A DNA stretch of 56,359 bases from an uncultured Methanomassiliicoccales archaeon (GCA_964348155.1 CAYGBN010000004.1:4195-60553), one strand, 5' to 3'. Positions 8,317 through 18,013 are shown, numbered from the stretch's first letter. Notes: generated from the letters alone by a model not told the origin. Numbers and translations: made by a program.

Positions 8317-9273
8317 ATGAGCGTCCGCCTGGAGGCAGAGGTGGAGGACTACGCCCTGGAGGGGCGGGTGAGCTGCAGGGATCTCCTGGAGCAGATGGGG
8401 CGGGCCGGGGGCTTCACGGCCCCGAAGCTGGCCCGGGCCCGCGCCATCGTGGAGGAGATGGTCGCCGCGGAGGACTGCACGACCTTCCTCTCCTTCCCTG
8501 CCGCCCTCATGGCCACGGGCTGCCGGGGCGTCCTGCGGGAGATGGTCCGCCGGGGATGGGTGGACGCGGTCGTCACCACCTGCGGCACGGTGGACCACGA
8601 CCTCGTGCGGGTGCACCACCCCTACTACCACGGCGCCTTCCACATGGACGACGAGGCCCTCCGTCGGGAGGGGGTGCACCGGCTGGGCAACGTCCTCGTC
8701 CCCTCGGCCGCCTACGGCGTGGGGCTGGAAGAGCTCCTCCGCCCCTTCTTCGCGTCCCTGTGGGAGGAGGGGCGACGCGGCCTCTCCACGGTGGAGCTCC
8801 TTCGATTGGCGGGGGAACGGTTGGGAGACGAGAGCTCCCTCCTCTACTGGTGTGCCCGGCGGGAGGTGCCCGTGGTGGTGCCCGGCATCACGGACGGGGC
8901 CTTTGGCTACCACCTGTGGAGCACCGGACAGGAGCGCGGCGGGCCCCTGGTGGACGTGCTGGCGGACCAGTCCCTCCTGGCGGACCTCGTCTTCTCCGCC
9001 AAGCGCACGGGGGCCCTGGTCGTGGGCGGCGGCATCTCCAAGCACCACGTCATCTGGTGGAACCAGTTCCGGGACGGGTTGGACTACGCCGTCTACCTGA
9101 CGACCGCGGTGGAGTACGACGGGAGCCTCTCGGGAGCGCGGGTGCGGGAGGCGGTCTCCTGGGGGAAGGTCAAGGGGACCGCCCGGCGGACCACGGTGGA
9201 GGGGGACGCCAGCCTCCTCCTGCCGCTCCTGTTCGCGGGCCTGATGGAGGCCCTCCCCGAGGGTGGGGCGTGA
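8317..9273 (+). CDS. dys: deoxyhypusine synthase
   Basis: FLSFPAALMATGCRGVLREMVRRGWVDAVVTTCGTVDHDL...GGGISKHHVIWWN...VSWGKVK. Confidence 0.9.
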   Translation: MSVRLEAEVEDYALEGRVSCRDLLEQMGRAGGFTAPKLARARAIVEEMVAAEDCTTFLSFPAALMATGCRGVLREMVRRGWVDAVVTTCGTVDHDLVRVHHPYYHGAFHMDDEALRREGVHRLGNVLVPSAAYGVGLEELLRPFFASLWEEGRRGLSTVELLRLAGERLGDESSLLYWCARREVPVVVPGITDGAFGYHLWSTGQERGGPLVDVLADQSLLADLVFSAKRTGALVVGGGISKHHVIWWNQFRDGLDYAVYLTTAVEYDGSLSGARVREAVSWGKVKGTARRTTVEGDASLLLPLLFAGLMEALPEGGA

Positions 9274-9806
9274 AGGTTCCCGACGACCTGCGGGGGGTCG
9301 CAGCCAGGTACGGCGAGCCGCCTCTGGTCCCGCGGACCCTCTCCTCTCCCCCGGAGCGGGTCCGGCGCCTCCAGCGGATGGAGGGGGGCCTTCTGGGAGC
9401 TGCAGGCCTGGTATGGAATCGAGGGGGGAGGGTCCTCCTGGTGCGGGAGCACGTCGCCTCCGAGGGGCGAGTGGCGTGGATCGCCCCCGGGGGCATGGCC
9501 CGGCCGGGGGAGGGGCCCGAGGAGGCGTTCCTCCGGGAGGTGGCGGAGGAGACGGGACTCCGCGTCCGCATCCTGGACCTCACCTTCGTCTTCGACCTGA
9601 CGGTCACCGACGGCCAGGAGGAGGCCCGGGGCTTCCTCTTCCAGTTTGAGGGGCTCGCCGAGGAGGGCGATCCCCTGCCCGGACGGGACGTCCTGGAGGC
9701 CCGCTGGTTTGCGGCGCTGCCGGCGGACATGGCCTTCCGGGGGGACTATCGGGAGGCCTTCGAGTCCCGACGTCGGCGGCCGCAAACGCTTCGCTTCTCG
9801 ACGTGA
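9270..9806 (+). CDS. NUDIX hydrolase
   Basis: Nudix box GGMARPGEGPEEAFLREVAEETGL. GTG 9270 overlaps the dys stop (GTGA). An alternative ATG start lies further downstream. Confidence 0.75.
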   Translation: MKVPDDLRGVAARYGEPPLVPRTLSSPPERVRRLQRMEGGLLGAAGLVWNRGGRVLLVREHVASEGRVAWIAPGGMARPGEGPEEAFLREVAEETGLRVRILDLTFVFDLTVTDGQEEARGFLFQFEGLAEEGDPLPGRDVLEARWFAALPADMAFRGDYREAFESRRRRPQTLRFST

Positions 9807-9854
9807 CCTGGATCGTTCCCGCTCCCGCGACCGGGACCAGGCCCTTTATATAGC

Positions 9855-10889
9855 GTGCGGATTCACCAGGTCCCAGAGGGCCCTGCCGTGCCCGAGCTGC
9901 GGAAGGACTACGTCACGGACACCTGGGTCGTCTTCTCTACCTACCGCGGGCACCGCCCCATCGAGACCGCGGCCAAGGCCTCCGCCGAGAACGACGCCGC
10001 CGCCTGCCCCTTCTGTCCGGGTCACGAGGACATGACGCCGCCGGAGATCCTGGCCTACCGAGACAATGGCGAGCCCAACGCCCCGGGCTGGTGGGTCCGA
10101 TGCGTCCCCAACAAGTTCCCCGCCCTCACCATCGAGGGGGAGGTGGAGCGGCGCGTGAACCAGGTCTTCCACTCCGTCGCCGGGGTGGGGGCCCACGAGG
10201 TCATCGTGGAGACTCCCGACCATCGGGAGACCTTCGCCACCATGGACGAGGGGCAGCTGCACGAGGTGGTGTCCGCGTACCGGGACCGGTACGTGGACCT
10301 GACGGGGGACCGGCGGTTCAAGTACATCCTGATCTTCAAAAACCACGGCGTGGAGGCGGGGGCCTCCCTCCATCACCCCCACAGCCAGCTCATCGCCACG
10401 CCCATCATCCCCCGCCGCATCATGGACGAGCTCCGGGCCGCCCAGGCCTTCTACGAGGAGACGGGGGGTAGCTGCCTCTACGACGAGATCCTGGCGGAGG
10501 AGCGGAAGGCGGGGGTGCGGGTGGTCCGGGAGGCGGACGGATTCCTGGCCCTCTCCCCCTACGCCGCCCGCTACCCCTTCGAGACGTGGATCCTGCCCAT
10601 GGACCACGAAGCGCACTTCGAGGAGATGCGGAGCGCGGAGCGCAAGGCGCTAGCCCGCTTCCTGCGGGAGACCTTCGGGCGGCTGGACGGCCTCCTGGAG
10701 AATCCCCCCTTCAACTACTACATCCACACGGCCCCCTGCGACGGGAAGGACTACCGCTACTACCACTGGCACATGGAGATCACGCCCCGCCTGTCCAAGA
10801 CGGCGGGCTTCGAGCGGGGGTCCGGCTTCTACATCAACCCCGTCCCGCCGGAGGACGCGGCCCGGCTGTTGCGGGACGCGGGGAGCTGA
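9855..10889 (+). CDS. galT: GalT-family (HIT superfamily) hexose-1-phosphate nucleotidyltransferase / NDP-sugar phosphorylase
   Basis: Zn motif CPFCPGHE and active-site HHPHSQLIA. The TATA element CTTTATATA at 9844-9852 favours the in-frame GTG 9888 as a leaderless start. Confidence 0.8.
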   Translation: MRIHQVPEGPAVPELRKDYVTDTWVVFSTYRGHRPIETAAKASAENDAAACPFCPGHEDMTPPEILAYRDNGEPNAPGWWVRCVPNKFPALTIEGEVERRVNQVFHSVAGVGAHEVIVETPDHRETFATMDEGQLHEVVSAYRDRYVDLTGDRRFKYILIFKNHGVEAGASLHHPHSQLIATPIIPRRIMDELRAAQAFYEETGGSCLYDEILAEERKAGVRVVREADGFLALSPYAARYPFETWILPMDHEAHFEEMRSAERKALARFLRETFGRLDGLLENPPFNYYIHTAPCDGKDYRYYHWHMEITPRLSKTAGFERGSGFYINPVPPEDAARLLRDAGS

Positions 10890-12291
10890 GGACCTCCCGG
10901 TAGAGGGCCTCGTACGCCCGAGCGGAGCGGTCCCACGAGGAGTCCCGCCCCACGGCGTTCTCCCGCAGGCGACGCCAGGTCCGCCGGTCCCGGAACGCCG
11001 CCAGGGCAGCGTCCACCGCCTGGAGGAGGGAGGGGACCGTGTGCTTCGCGAAGACGAAGCCCGTGCCCGCCTCCGGGTCCGAGGCCGCGTCATCCACCGT
11101 GTCCGCCAGGCCCCCCGTCCGGTGGACCAGGGGGAGGGTGCCGTACCGCATGCTGATGAGCTGCCCCAGGCCGCAAGGTTCGAAGCGGGAGGGCATGAGG
11201 AAGAGGTCCGCCCCCGCGTAGATGCGGTGGGCCAGCGCCTCGTCGTAGCGGACCACGACCGCAAGGCGGGGGCTGCGGCCAGCCCACGCCTCCACGGCCT
11301 TCTCGTACCGCTCCGTGCCGGAACCCAGGAGGACGACCTGGAGGTCCCTCGCCAGGAGGTCGGGCATGGCCTCCAGGAGGAGGTCCACCCCCTTCTGCGG
11401 CACGAGACGGCCCACGAATCCTGCCAGGGGTCCCTCCCCCCGCAGGCCCAGCTCCCGCTGCAGGGCGCGCTTGTGGGCCGCCTTCCCCCGTTCGTCAAGG
11501 GGGTCGAAGGGCTGCGGGAGATGGGTGTCCCGCCGGGGGTCCCACGCCTCGATGTCCAGGCCGTTCACCACGCTCCGGAGGTCCGCCGCACGCCCCCGGA
11601 CCACGGCCTCCAGCCCCTCGCCGTACTCCGGCGTCTGGATCTCCCGTGCGTAGGTGGCGCTCACGGTGCTCAGCAGGTCGGCCTGGGTGAGGCCCGCCTT
11701 CATGAAGTTCAGCCTGCCCTCGTGAAGCAAGACCTCCTCCGTGGCCCACGCCTCCGGCAGGCCCAGGAACGTCAGGAGCTCCCGCGGGAAGGCGCCCTGC
11801 CCATCCAAATTGTGGACCGTGTACAGGGTCCGGGCCTCCGCCAGGAACGGGTCCTCCCGGTAGAAGGCCCGCAGGTAGGCGGGAACGAGGGCCGTGAGCC
11901 AGTCGTTGCAGTGGATGACATCGGGGGCGAAGTGCACGTGGCGACAGGCCTCCAAGACGGCGCGGCAGAAGAAGCCGTAGCGCCTCCCCTCGTGCTCCCC
12001 GCCGTACACGTCCGGCCGGCCGAAGTACTCCGGATGGTCCACCATGAGCACGGGAACCTCCGGCGTCAGGTTCCCCTCCTTCAGGGAGGCCACCTCCATG
12101 CCGCTCCCCATGGGCACGTTGTAGGGCCCCAGGTCCACCCGCCAGGCGTCCATTCCTCCGTGACGAGGCATGATGAGGTTCACCTCATGGCCCAGGGCGC
12201 CCAGGGCCTTGGGCAGGGAGCCGCCTACGTCCCCCAGGCCCCCCACCTTCGCGAAGGGGTACGCCTCGGGCACGACAAACAGGATGCGCAC
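10834..12291 (-). CDS. glgA: glycogen/starch synthase (GT5)
   Basis: VRILFVVPEAYPFAKVGGLGDVGGSLPKAL is the KxGGL motif. The C-terminus has EPCGLGQLISMRYG. GTG start at 12291. A low-complexity tail overlaps the galT 3' end. Confidence 0.85.
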   Translation of the reverse strand: MRILFVVPEAYPFAKVGGLGDVGGSLPKALGALGHEVNLIMPRHGGMDAWRVDLGPYNVPMGSGMEVASLKEGNLTPEVPVLMVDHPEYFGRPDVYGGEHEGRRYGFFCRAVLEACRHVHFAPDVIHCNDWLTALVPAYLRAFYREDPFLAEARTLYTVHNLDGQGAFPRELLTFLGLPEAWATEEVLLHEGRLNFMKAGLTQADLLSTVSATYAREIQTPEYGEGLEAVVRGRAADLRSVVNGLDIEAWDPRRDTHLPQPFDPLDERGKAAHKRALQRELGLRGEGPLAGFVGRLVPQKGVDLLLEAMPDLLARDLQVVLLGSGTERYEKAVEAWAGRSPRLAVVVRYDEALAHRIYAGADLFLMPSRFEPCGLGQLISMRYGTLPLVHRTGGLADTVDDAASDPEAGTGFVFAKHTVPSLLQAVDAALAAFRDRRTWRRLRENAVGRDSSWDRSARAYEALYREVLSSPRPATAGPRPPAGRG

Positions 12292-12322
12292 GGACGCTCC
12301 CGCTGCCAACCGGGCGGGCCTC

Positions 12323-13684
12323 TTAACCCTGCGGGTCTCCTCCGCCGACCTCCCCGAAGACGGCGGCCCCGGAGATGACGTCCCCCAGTCCCACCGTGTA
12401 CACCGGGCGGGAGACCAGCCGAGCGGGCACCACGACCAGCTCCTCCTCCGCCCAGCCCTCCTCCCGGAGGGTGCGGCGGTTCTCCCCCTGCAGGCCCAAC
12501 GCCTTCGCCACGGCATCCAGGGCCTTCAGGCCGCTCTTCGCTAGGGGCACGTCGGCGGCCGCCGCTAGGTTCTCCGGCCGGGGGCTCTCCCCGCTCCGCG
12601 CCCGGGCGGCCCCCACCAGGGCGGCGAACAGGAGGCTGCGGCGGACGCGGCGGGACGGGTTGGGGCTCAGCGCCAGGTAGTGGCCCAGGGTGTGCATGTG
12701 GGCGCGATCCACGCCCAGTGCGCGAAGGAGCTCCAGGGCCCGCACCTGCTGGGCGGGGTCCTCGCGCACTGCCTCCCAGCGGGGCAGCCCCAGGGTGAAG
12801 GCCAGGTCCGCCAGCTCCGCTTCGTTCACCCCGATGCTGTCCACCAGCGGGACGATCTCCTCCACAACGGCCTCCCGTTTTCGCAGGTCCGGCATGGAGG
12901 TGATCTCCAGGTGGACCACCAGGGAAGGGTTCGCGCCCTTGGCCGTGCGGATGTGCTCCCGCACCCTCCGATAGGCCTCCTGGTACGCATCCCCCATGTG
13001 GTTCAACCCCGCGAGAAAGAGGACCTCGCAGGCCCTGGCCGCCTCCGGGAGGGCCCGTTCCCACTCCCGGTGGAAGAGGATCCGTGTGGTGGGAGCGGCG
13101 ATGAACCGGTTGGCCCGGGGGGATGGGGGGCCGCCGAAGGCCAGGCCCGCGGGGTACTCCAGCATGTAGTGGACCTCCGGCTCGCACTCCCAGAAGAACT
13201 GTTGGGCGGGCACCCGCTCTGTCCGGCCGCGAATCATCAAGGGCACCTGGGCCCGGCTCCCCTGGTAGAGGGAGGCCACCTCCCAGTTGAACCGGTCCGG
13301 GTGGACGAGAACCGTCTCCGCCCCGAAGTCCGACAGCAGGCGGGCCACCGTGAGAACCTGGCCGCCGGGCCGGGGCTCGTAGCCCCCCGCCTCCTCCAGG
13401 AACCGGATGACCCGGGGGCCGCAGATCACCTCCAAGGCCACGCCGCGGGAGATGGAGTAGCAGAGCCCCTCCGCCAGGTCCCTCAGGTCCTCCGCCGGCT
13501 TGGCGAAGAGGGGCGGGACCTCCGGCGGGGGGTCCAGCCGCCCCAAGAACGCGGCGTCGAGCACCCGGACGTTGTCCACGACGGAGTTGTACGCCAGCAG
13601 GCCGTGAACGCCCGCCAGAGGGTTCCCCTCCATCGCCCGGGCGTAGTGCGCGTCCCAACGCGCCCGAAGGGTCGTCCCTGTCAC
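12323..13684 (-). CDS. ADP-dependent sugar kinase (ADP-GK/ADP-PFK family)
   Basis: Family signatures are present: VDSIGVNEAELADL, HLEITS and C-terminal TVGLGDVISGAA. Confidence 0.8.
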   Translation of the reverse strand: MTGTTLRARWDAHYARAMEGNPLAGVHGLLAYNSVVDNVRVLDAAFLGRLDPPPEVPPLFAKPAEDLRDLAEGLCYSISRGVALEVICGPRVIRFLEEAGGYEPRPGGQVLTVARLLSDFGAETVLVHPDRFNWEVASLYQGSRAQVPLMIRGRTERVPAQQFFWECEPEVHYMLEYPAGLAFGGPPSPRANRFIAAPTTRILFHREWERALPEAARACEVLFLAGLNHMGDAYQEAYRRVREHIRTAKGANPSLVVHLEITSMPDLRKREAVVEEIVPLVDSIGVNEAELADLAFTLGLPRWEAVREDPAQQVRALELLRALGVDRAHMHTLGHYLALSPNPSRRVRRSLLFAALVGAARARSGESPRPENLAAAADVPLAKSGLKALDAVAKALGLQGENRRTLREEGWAEEELVVVPARLVSRPVYTVGLGDVISGAAVFGEVGGGDPQG

Positions 13685-13755
13685 GGCAACCGTTCCCCCT
13701 GGTGGGAGTCGGGAAGCGGGCGTGTCCCTTAAGCCTCGTTGGTCGGAAGGCCTAA

Positions 13756-14415
13756 GTGGCGCGGTCCGATGAACGGGGCGATCGCATGGAGCTGAAAAAG
13801 GGAGTCCACGTCATCGAGACCCACGCCAACTGCGCCCTGCTGACGGACGACCGCCTGATTCTGGTGGACGCGAGCAGCGACGCGGGAGCGAAGGATGTCC
13901 TCGCGTACCTGGAGCGGCTCCGGTACAAGCCCACGGACGTGGGGCACATCATCCTGAGCCACACCCACCCCGACCACGTGGGGGGCCTGGCGGCGCTGAA
14001 GGAGCGGACGGAGGCCGAGGTGGCGGCCCACCGCATCGAGGCGGGCTTCATCGCCAAGACGGCGGACTACCCGGGGCGGGGTGCGCTTCCCCACCGGGCG
14101 TGCGCCGTGGACGTCCTCTTGGAGGACGGCGATCGGTACCAGGAGCTCCTGGTCATCCACACGCCGGGCCACACCCCCGGCAACATTGCCCTGTTGGACG
14201 AGGCCCACAGCCTCCTCATCGCGGGGGACACCGTGCAGACCCGGGAGGGGGCCGTCGGCCCCATGAGCGACAACTACAACATCGACCCGGAGGAGCACCG
14301 CCACTCCATCAAGAAGGTGGCGGCGCACGAGTTCGACAGCCTCATCGTGGGACACGGCCCGCCCCGGGCGTCGGGGGCCTCCAAGGAGCTGAGGGCGGCC
14401 GCCGATGGGCTGTGA
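13756..14415 (+). CDS. MBL-fold metallo-hydrolase
   Basis: HTHPDHVGG motif plus HTPGHTPG. Start is either GTG 13756 or ATG 13786. Confidence 0.75.
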   Translation: MARSDERGDRMELKKGVHVIETHANCALLTDDRLILVDASSDAGAKDVLAYLERLRYKPTDVGHIILSHTHPDHVGGLAALKERTEAEVAAHRIEAGFIAKTADYPGRGALPHRACAVDVLLEDGDRYQELLVIHTPGHTPGNIALLDEAHSLLIAGDTVQTREGAVGPMSDNYNIDPEEHRHSIKKVAAHEFDSLIVGHGPPRASGASKELRAAADGL

Positions 14416-14443
14416 GAGGGTGCCGCGCCCAGGGGCCAGGGAG

Positions 14444-15301
14444 ATGGGGGTCCTCGTCGTCGGGGCCACGGGGTTCCTCGGGGGCCTCGTCGTGCGCAAC
14501 CTCGTGGATCAGGGGGGGCACCCCCGCGTCCTGGTACGGTCGGATCCCTCCGCCCGGCTCCTCCGCAACGCGGGGGCGGACCCCGTGTTCGGGGACCTGA
14601 AGGACCCCCGGTCCCTGCGGGCGGCCTGCGAGGGCGTCGACGTCGTGGTGACCACGGCCACGGCGGTCGGGCGAGGGGGGACTGACACATTGGAGAGCGT
14701 GGACCGGGAGGGAAATCGGCAACTCATCGCGGCGGCCCGGGACGCCGGCGTGGTGCAGTTCGTCTTCACCTCCATCCTCCCGGCCAGCGAGGAGAGTTCC
14801 ATCCCCCTCTTTCGCGCGAAGGCCCACGCGGAGGCGCAGCTCAGCGGCAGCGGGTTGACGTACACCATCCTAGCCCCCGAGAACTTCATGGAATCGTGGG
14901 TGGAGGCCGTGGTGGGACGCCCCGTGCGGGAGGGACGGCGCGTCGTCCTCGTGGGCGAAGGTCGCCGGAAGCACGCCTTCGTCTCAGCCCGGGACGTGGC
15001 CGCCTTCGCCACAGGGGCCATCGGCCACCCGGAGGCCGTGGACCGGCGCCTCCCCATCGGGGGACCCGAGGCCCTCTCCTGGCGGGAGGTGGTCGCCACC
15101 TACGAGCGGGTGCTGGGGAGGGAGATTCCCGTGGAGTACGTGGCGCCGGAGGTAGAGGCCTCTCGGCGACCGCAGGGCATGGAGGACATCCTGGCGTGGA
15201 TGGAGACCTTCGACTCCGCGGTGGAGATGGGCGAGGCGTGCCGGACGTTTGGGGTGAAGCCGACTACGCTGGAGGACTACGTGCGGTCCCGGCCAACGTG
15301 A
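14444..15301 (+). CDS. NmrA-like / atypical SDR NAD(P)-binding protein
   Basis: MGVLVVGATGFLGGLVVRNLV is a Rossmann GxxGxxG motif. ATG 14444 lies within track ORF 14405..15301. Confidence 0.7.
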   Translation: MGVLVVGATGFLGGLVVRNLVDQGGHPRVLVRSDPSARLLRNAGADPVFGDLKDPRSLRAACEGVDVVVTTATAVGRGGTDTLESVDREGNRQLIAAARDAGVVQFVFTSILPASEESSIPLFRAKAHAEAQLSGSGLTYTILAPENFMESWVEAVVGRPVREGRRVVLVGEGRRKHAFVSARDVAAFATGAIGHPEAVDRRLPIGGPEALSWREVVATYERVLGREIPVEYVAPEVEASRRPQGMEDILAWMETFDSAVEMGEACRTFGVKPTTLEDYVRSRPT

Positions 15302-15326
15302 GGGCTGCAACCCTGCACGCCAGCAC

Positions 15327-15711
15327 GTCGACCTACGAGGAAAGAGAGTCAGGCGTGCAGGCAAGCAGTACTGGTTCTGGGACTGCATCGACGAGGGGAC
15401 GCGCTATCTTGTGGCTGGCCACCTTTCGGAGAAGAGAGACAAAGCCGGGGGGGAAGCGATTCTTCCAGAGGTGCAAGAGAGCTGGCGGCAGCCCTGATGA
15501 GATTATCACAGATCAGCATGGCGGGTATAGGAGGTACATTCGGAGTGTCTACCACTGGCGGTCCAAGGACCGACGCGTGAAGCACGTCCCGACCCAAGCT
15601 ATACCACGGACTCAGATCAGACTCCACCAGCAGCTGATAGAGAGGTTTCATGGAACCCTGGACGACAGGGTGGACACCCCACAGAACCCGACCTCCGGTA
15701 CGTTTATGTAG
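15327..15711 (+). pseudogene. decayed IS6-like DDE transposase fragment (5'-truncated, frameshifted)
   Basis: Frame 1 reads VDLRGKRVRRAGKQYWFWDCIDEGTRYLVAGHLSEKRDKAGG. After a G7 run (15447-15453), frame 2 continues KRFFQRCKRAGGSPDEIITDQHGGYRRYI...QQLIERFHGTLDDRV. GC is visibly lower than in the flanks. Confidence 0.55.
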
Positions 15712-15722
15712 CAGGGCGTGTA

Positions 15723-15762
15723 TCCGACGTTTGTCGGACACCTCACGCGAGACCCGTCGGAC
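15723..15762. promoter_or_regulatory. inverted/direct GTCGGA(C) repeats upstream of the RHH gene (candidate operator)
   Basis: TCCGAC-GTTT-GTCGGAC at 15723-15739 and a second GTCGGAC at 15756-15762. The latter lies 16 nt before ATG 15778. Confidence 0.4.
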
Positions 15763-15777
15763 GCAAGTGACAGCACA

Positions 15778-16080
15778 ATGGCATCGGAGACAGAGAGAGT
15801 AACGGTACGACTTCCCGTCCGCACGTTGGAACAACTGGACACGCTGGTCAGACAGGGCGACTACAACACCCTCTCCGATGCCATCAGGGCTGCCATCGAC
15901 CGGCTGCTGGCGCTGAAGTTCCCCCCGGAGCACCTGGAGCGGATCACCGTGGACCTCCCCAAGGGTCGGGCCGTGGAGCTGGAGGAGCTCGTGCGGGAGG
16001 GCGACTCCGTCTCCCTGGAGGACGCCATCCGCAACGCCGTCCGGGAGTACGTCCGTAGCCAGATCGAGAGGTCGCGATAA
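15778..16080 (+). CDS. tandem ribbon-helix-helix (CopG-like) DNA-binding protein
   Basis: There are two RHH units: ERVTVRLPVRTLEQLDTLVRQGDYNTLSDAIRAAIDRLL and ERITVDLPKGRAVELEELVREGDSVSLEDAIRNAVREYV. Confidence 0.65.
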   Translation: MASETERVTVRLPVRTLEQLDTLVRQGDYNTLSDAIRAAIDRLLALKFPPEHLERITVDLPKGRAVELEELVREGDSVSLEDAIRNAVREYVRSQIERSR

Positions 16081-16092
16081 CTCCTCCCCCCT

Positions 16093-16125
16093 GGGGTGGC
16101 CTCCGGGCCACCCCTCTTTTCTTCT
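16093..16125. terminator. perfect 9-bp GC hairpin plus T-rich tract between convergent RHH gene and thrS
   Basis: GGGGTGGCC (16093-16101), loop TCCG, GGCCACCCC (16106-16114), followed by TCTTTTCTTCT. Confidence 0.4.
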
Positions 16126-16129
16126 CCCC

Positions 16130-18013
16130 CTAGCGGATCACGGGCCGGCGGCTGAGCTCCCGCGGCAGGGGGAGGGGCTTGAAGGGCATCCCCTCCACCT
16201 CCGTCGCCAGACGCTCCCGGAGCTCGTCTACACTCATCTCCACCTGCTCTCCCGACCGACGGACGCGAACGTTCACCGTCCCCGCCTCCGCCTCCCGGCG
16301 GCCCACGACGGCGACGTACGGGATCCACTCCTTCTCCGCCCGCCGCACCTTCTTCCCCAGGGTGTCGGAGGTGTCGTCCAGGTCCACCCTGAAGCCTGCG
16401 AAAGCGTCCGCCACCTCCCGGGCGCGGGGCAGCTGGTCCTCGGCCACGGGGACCACGCGGACCTGCGTGGGGGAGAGCCATACGGGGAACATGGGGGGCT
16501 CCCCCGCCTCGATGGCGTAGTGGGCCTTCTCCAGGAGGGCGTAGAGGACCCGCTCGATGGCCCCGCTGGGAGAGAGGTGGAGGATGAGCGGGTGGGCGGC
16601 CTTCCCCTCCTCGTCCACGTAGGTGATGCCGTACCGCTCCGCGTTCTCCACGTCGACCTGGTCCGTGTTCAGGGCCGCCGCCTTCCCCAGGGCGTCCACG
16701 AAGTTCCACTCGTACTTCAGGACGAAGTAGAAGAACTGCTCCTCCCACAGCTCCAGCAGGACGGGGCGCCCCCACCGACGGGCCAGGGACTCCATGAACG
16801 GGCGGTGCGCCTCCCACGTCGCCTGGGTCGCCCGCAGGCCGACCTCCAGCTCTGCCGGCAGGTCGAACTCCAGCTCCGACAGCATGCGGTGGGAAAGGTC
16901 CCACCGGCGCAGCATCTCCTCCTTCGCCATCTCCATGTCCGCCACAAAGGCGTGGCAGTCGGGCATGGTGAAGGCGCGCAGCCGCCGCAGGCCGGAGAGC
17001 TCCCCCCGCTGCTCCGCCCGGAAGGAGTAGCGGGTCATCTCGTAGATGCGCACGGGGAGGTCCCGGTAGGAGATCGTCATGTCGTGGGCCACCAGGAACT
17101 GGCCGAAGCAGGCGGCGAACCGGAGGAAGGTCCGCTTGTTGGGCGTCTCCACCGCGTACTGCCGGGCAGGGAAGCGCTCCAGGTACGCCTTGAGGCTGGG
17201 GTGCTCGTAGTCGTACATGACGGGGGTCTCCAGCTCCATGGCGCCGTACTCCACCGTCCGTCGGCTCACGAAGTCCTCCAGGAGGGCCTTGATCAGACGC
17301 CCCTTGGGGTAGAAGCGGAGGTTCCCGGGATCGGACCCGGGCTCGTACCCCACGAGCTCCAGGTCCTGCATGAGCCGGATGTGGGGGGCCTCCTCCTTGG
17401 CCTCCCGGCTCTTGGCCATCTCGTAGCGGGCGAAGCGCTCCAGGTTGGGCTCCGCGGCAAAGTCGTAGCCGGACGGGGTTCCGTCCTTCAGGGTGAGGGA
17501 GTGCAGCCCCCCATCGGGCTCCAGGATGTACCAGTGGGATACCAGGGCCCGCTCCGCCGCCAGGGCCTGGGACTCCGCCTGGACGGCCCCCTCCAGAGCG
17601 ATCTCCCGGGAGAGTTCCGAGAGAGGGTGCCCCTTGGCCGCCAGGTTAAAGGCCTTGTACCAGCCGAAGGGAGACCGGTGGACCTCCAGCCCGCGGCGTC
17701 CCACCTCCTCCGCCAGGGCGACCATCACCTCCTTCGCCGCGTCCGGGGCGGCCAGGGAGGGGCTGAGGTGGGCGTAGGGGTAGAGGAGCACGCGCTCCTC
17801 CTTCACCTGCTCCGCCACGTCCTGGACCTCGTCCGCCGCCCGGGCGGCGATCCCTCCCACGTCGTCCGCATCCGCCGTCTCCACGGCGGTGAAGCAGACC
17901 AAGACGTCGTCGAAGGAGGCGTGGAGCTCGTCCTCCGGCACCTCCTCGGCGTACTTCGTCCGCTCCCGGGCCTCGTAGGCCATGCGGTCCGCGTGGATGA
18001 AGAGGATGCGCAT
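16130..18013 (-). CDS. thrS: threonine--tRNA ligase, archaeal type with N-terminal editing domain
   Basis: MRILFIHADRMAYEARERT... is an archaeal editing domain. A class II core and a C-terminal anticodon-binding domain follow (VVPVAEDQL...YVAVVGRRE). Confidence 0.92.
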   Translation of the reverse strand: MRILFIHADRMAYEARERTKYAEEVPEDELHASFDDVLVCFTAVETADADDVGGIAARAADEVQDVAEQVKEERVLLYPYAHLSPSLAAPDAAKEVMVALAEEVGRRGLEVHRSPFGWYKAFNLAAKGHPLSELSREIALEGAVQAESQALAAERALVSHWYILEPDGGLHSLTLKDGTPSGYDFAAEPNLERFARYEMAKSREAKEEAPHIRLMQDLELVGYEPGSDPGNLRFYPKGRLIKALLEDFVSRRTVEYGAMELETPVMYDYEHPSLKAYLERFPARQYAVETPNKRTFLRFAACFGQFLVAHDMTISYRDLPVRIYEMTRYSFRAEQRGELSGLRRLRAFTMPDCHAFVADMEMAKEEMLRRWDLSHRMLSELEFDLPAELEVGLRATQATWEAHRPFMESLARRWGRPVLLELWEEQFFYFVLKYEWNFVDALGKAAALNTDQVDVENAERYGITYVDEEGKAAHPLILHLSPSGAIERVLYALLEKAHYAIEAGEPPMFPVWLSPTQVRVVPVAEDQLPRAREVADAFAGFRVDLDDTSDTLGKKVRRAEKEWIPYVAVVGRREAEAGTVNVRVRRSGEQVEMSVDELRERLATEVEGMPFKPLPLPRELSRRPVIR

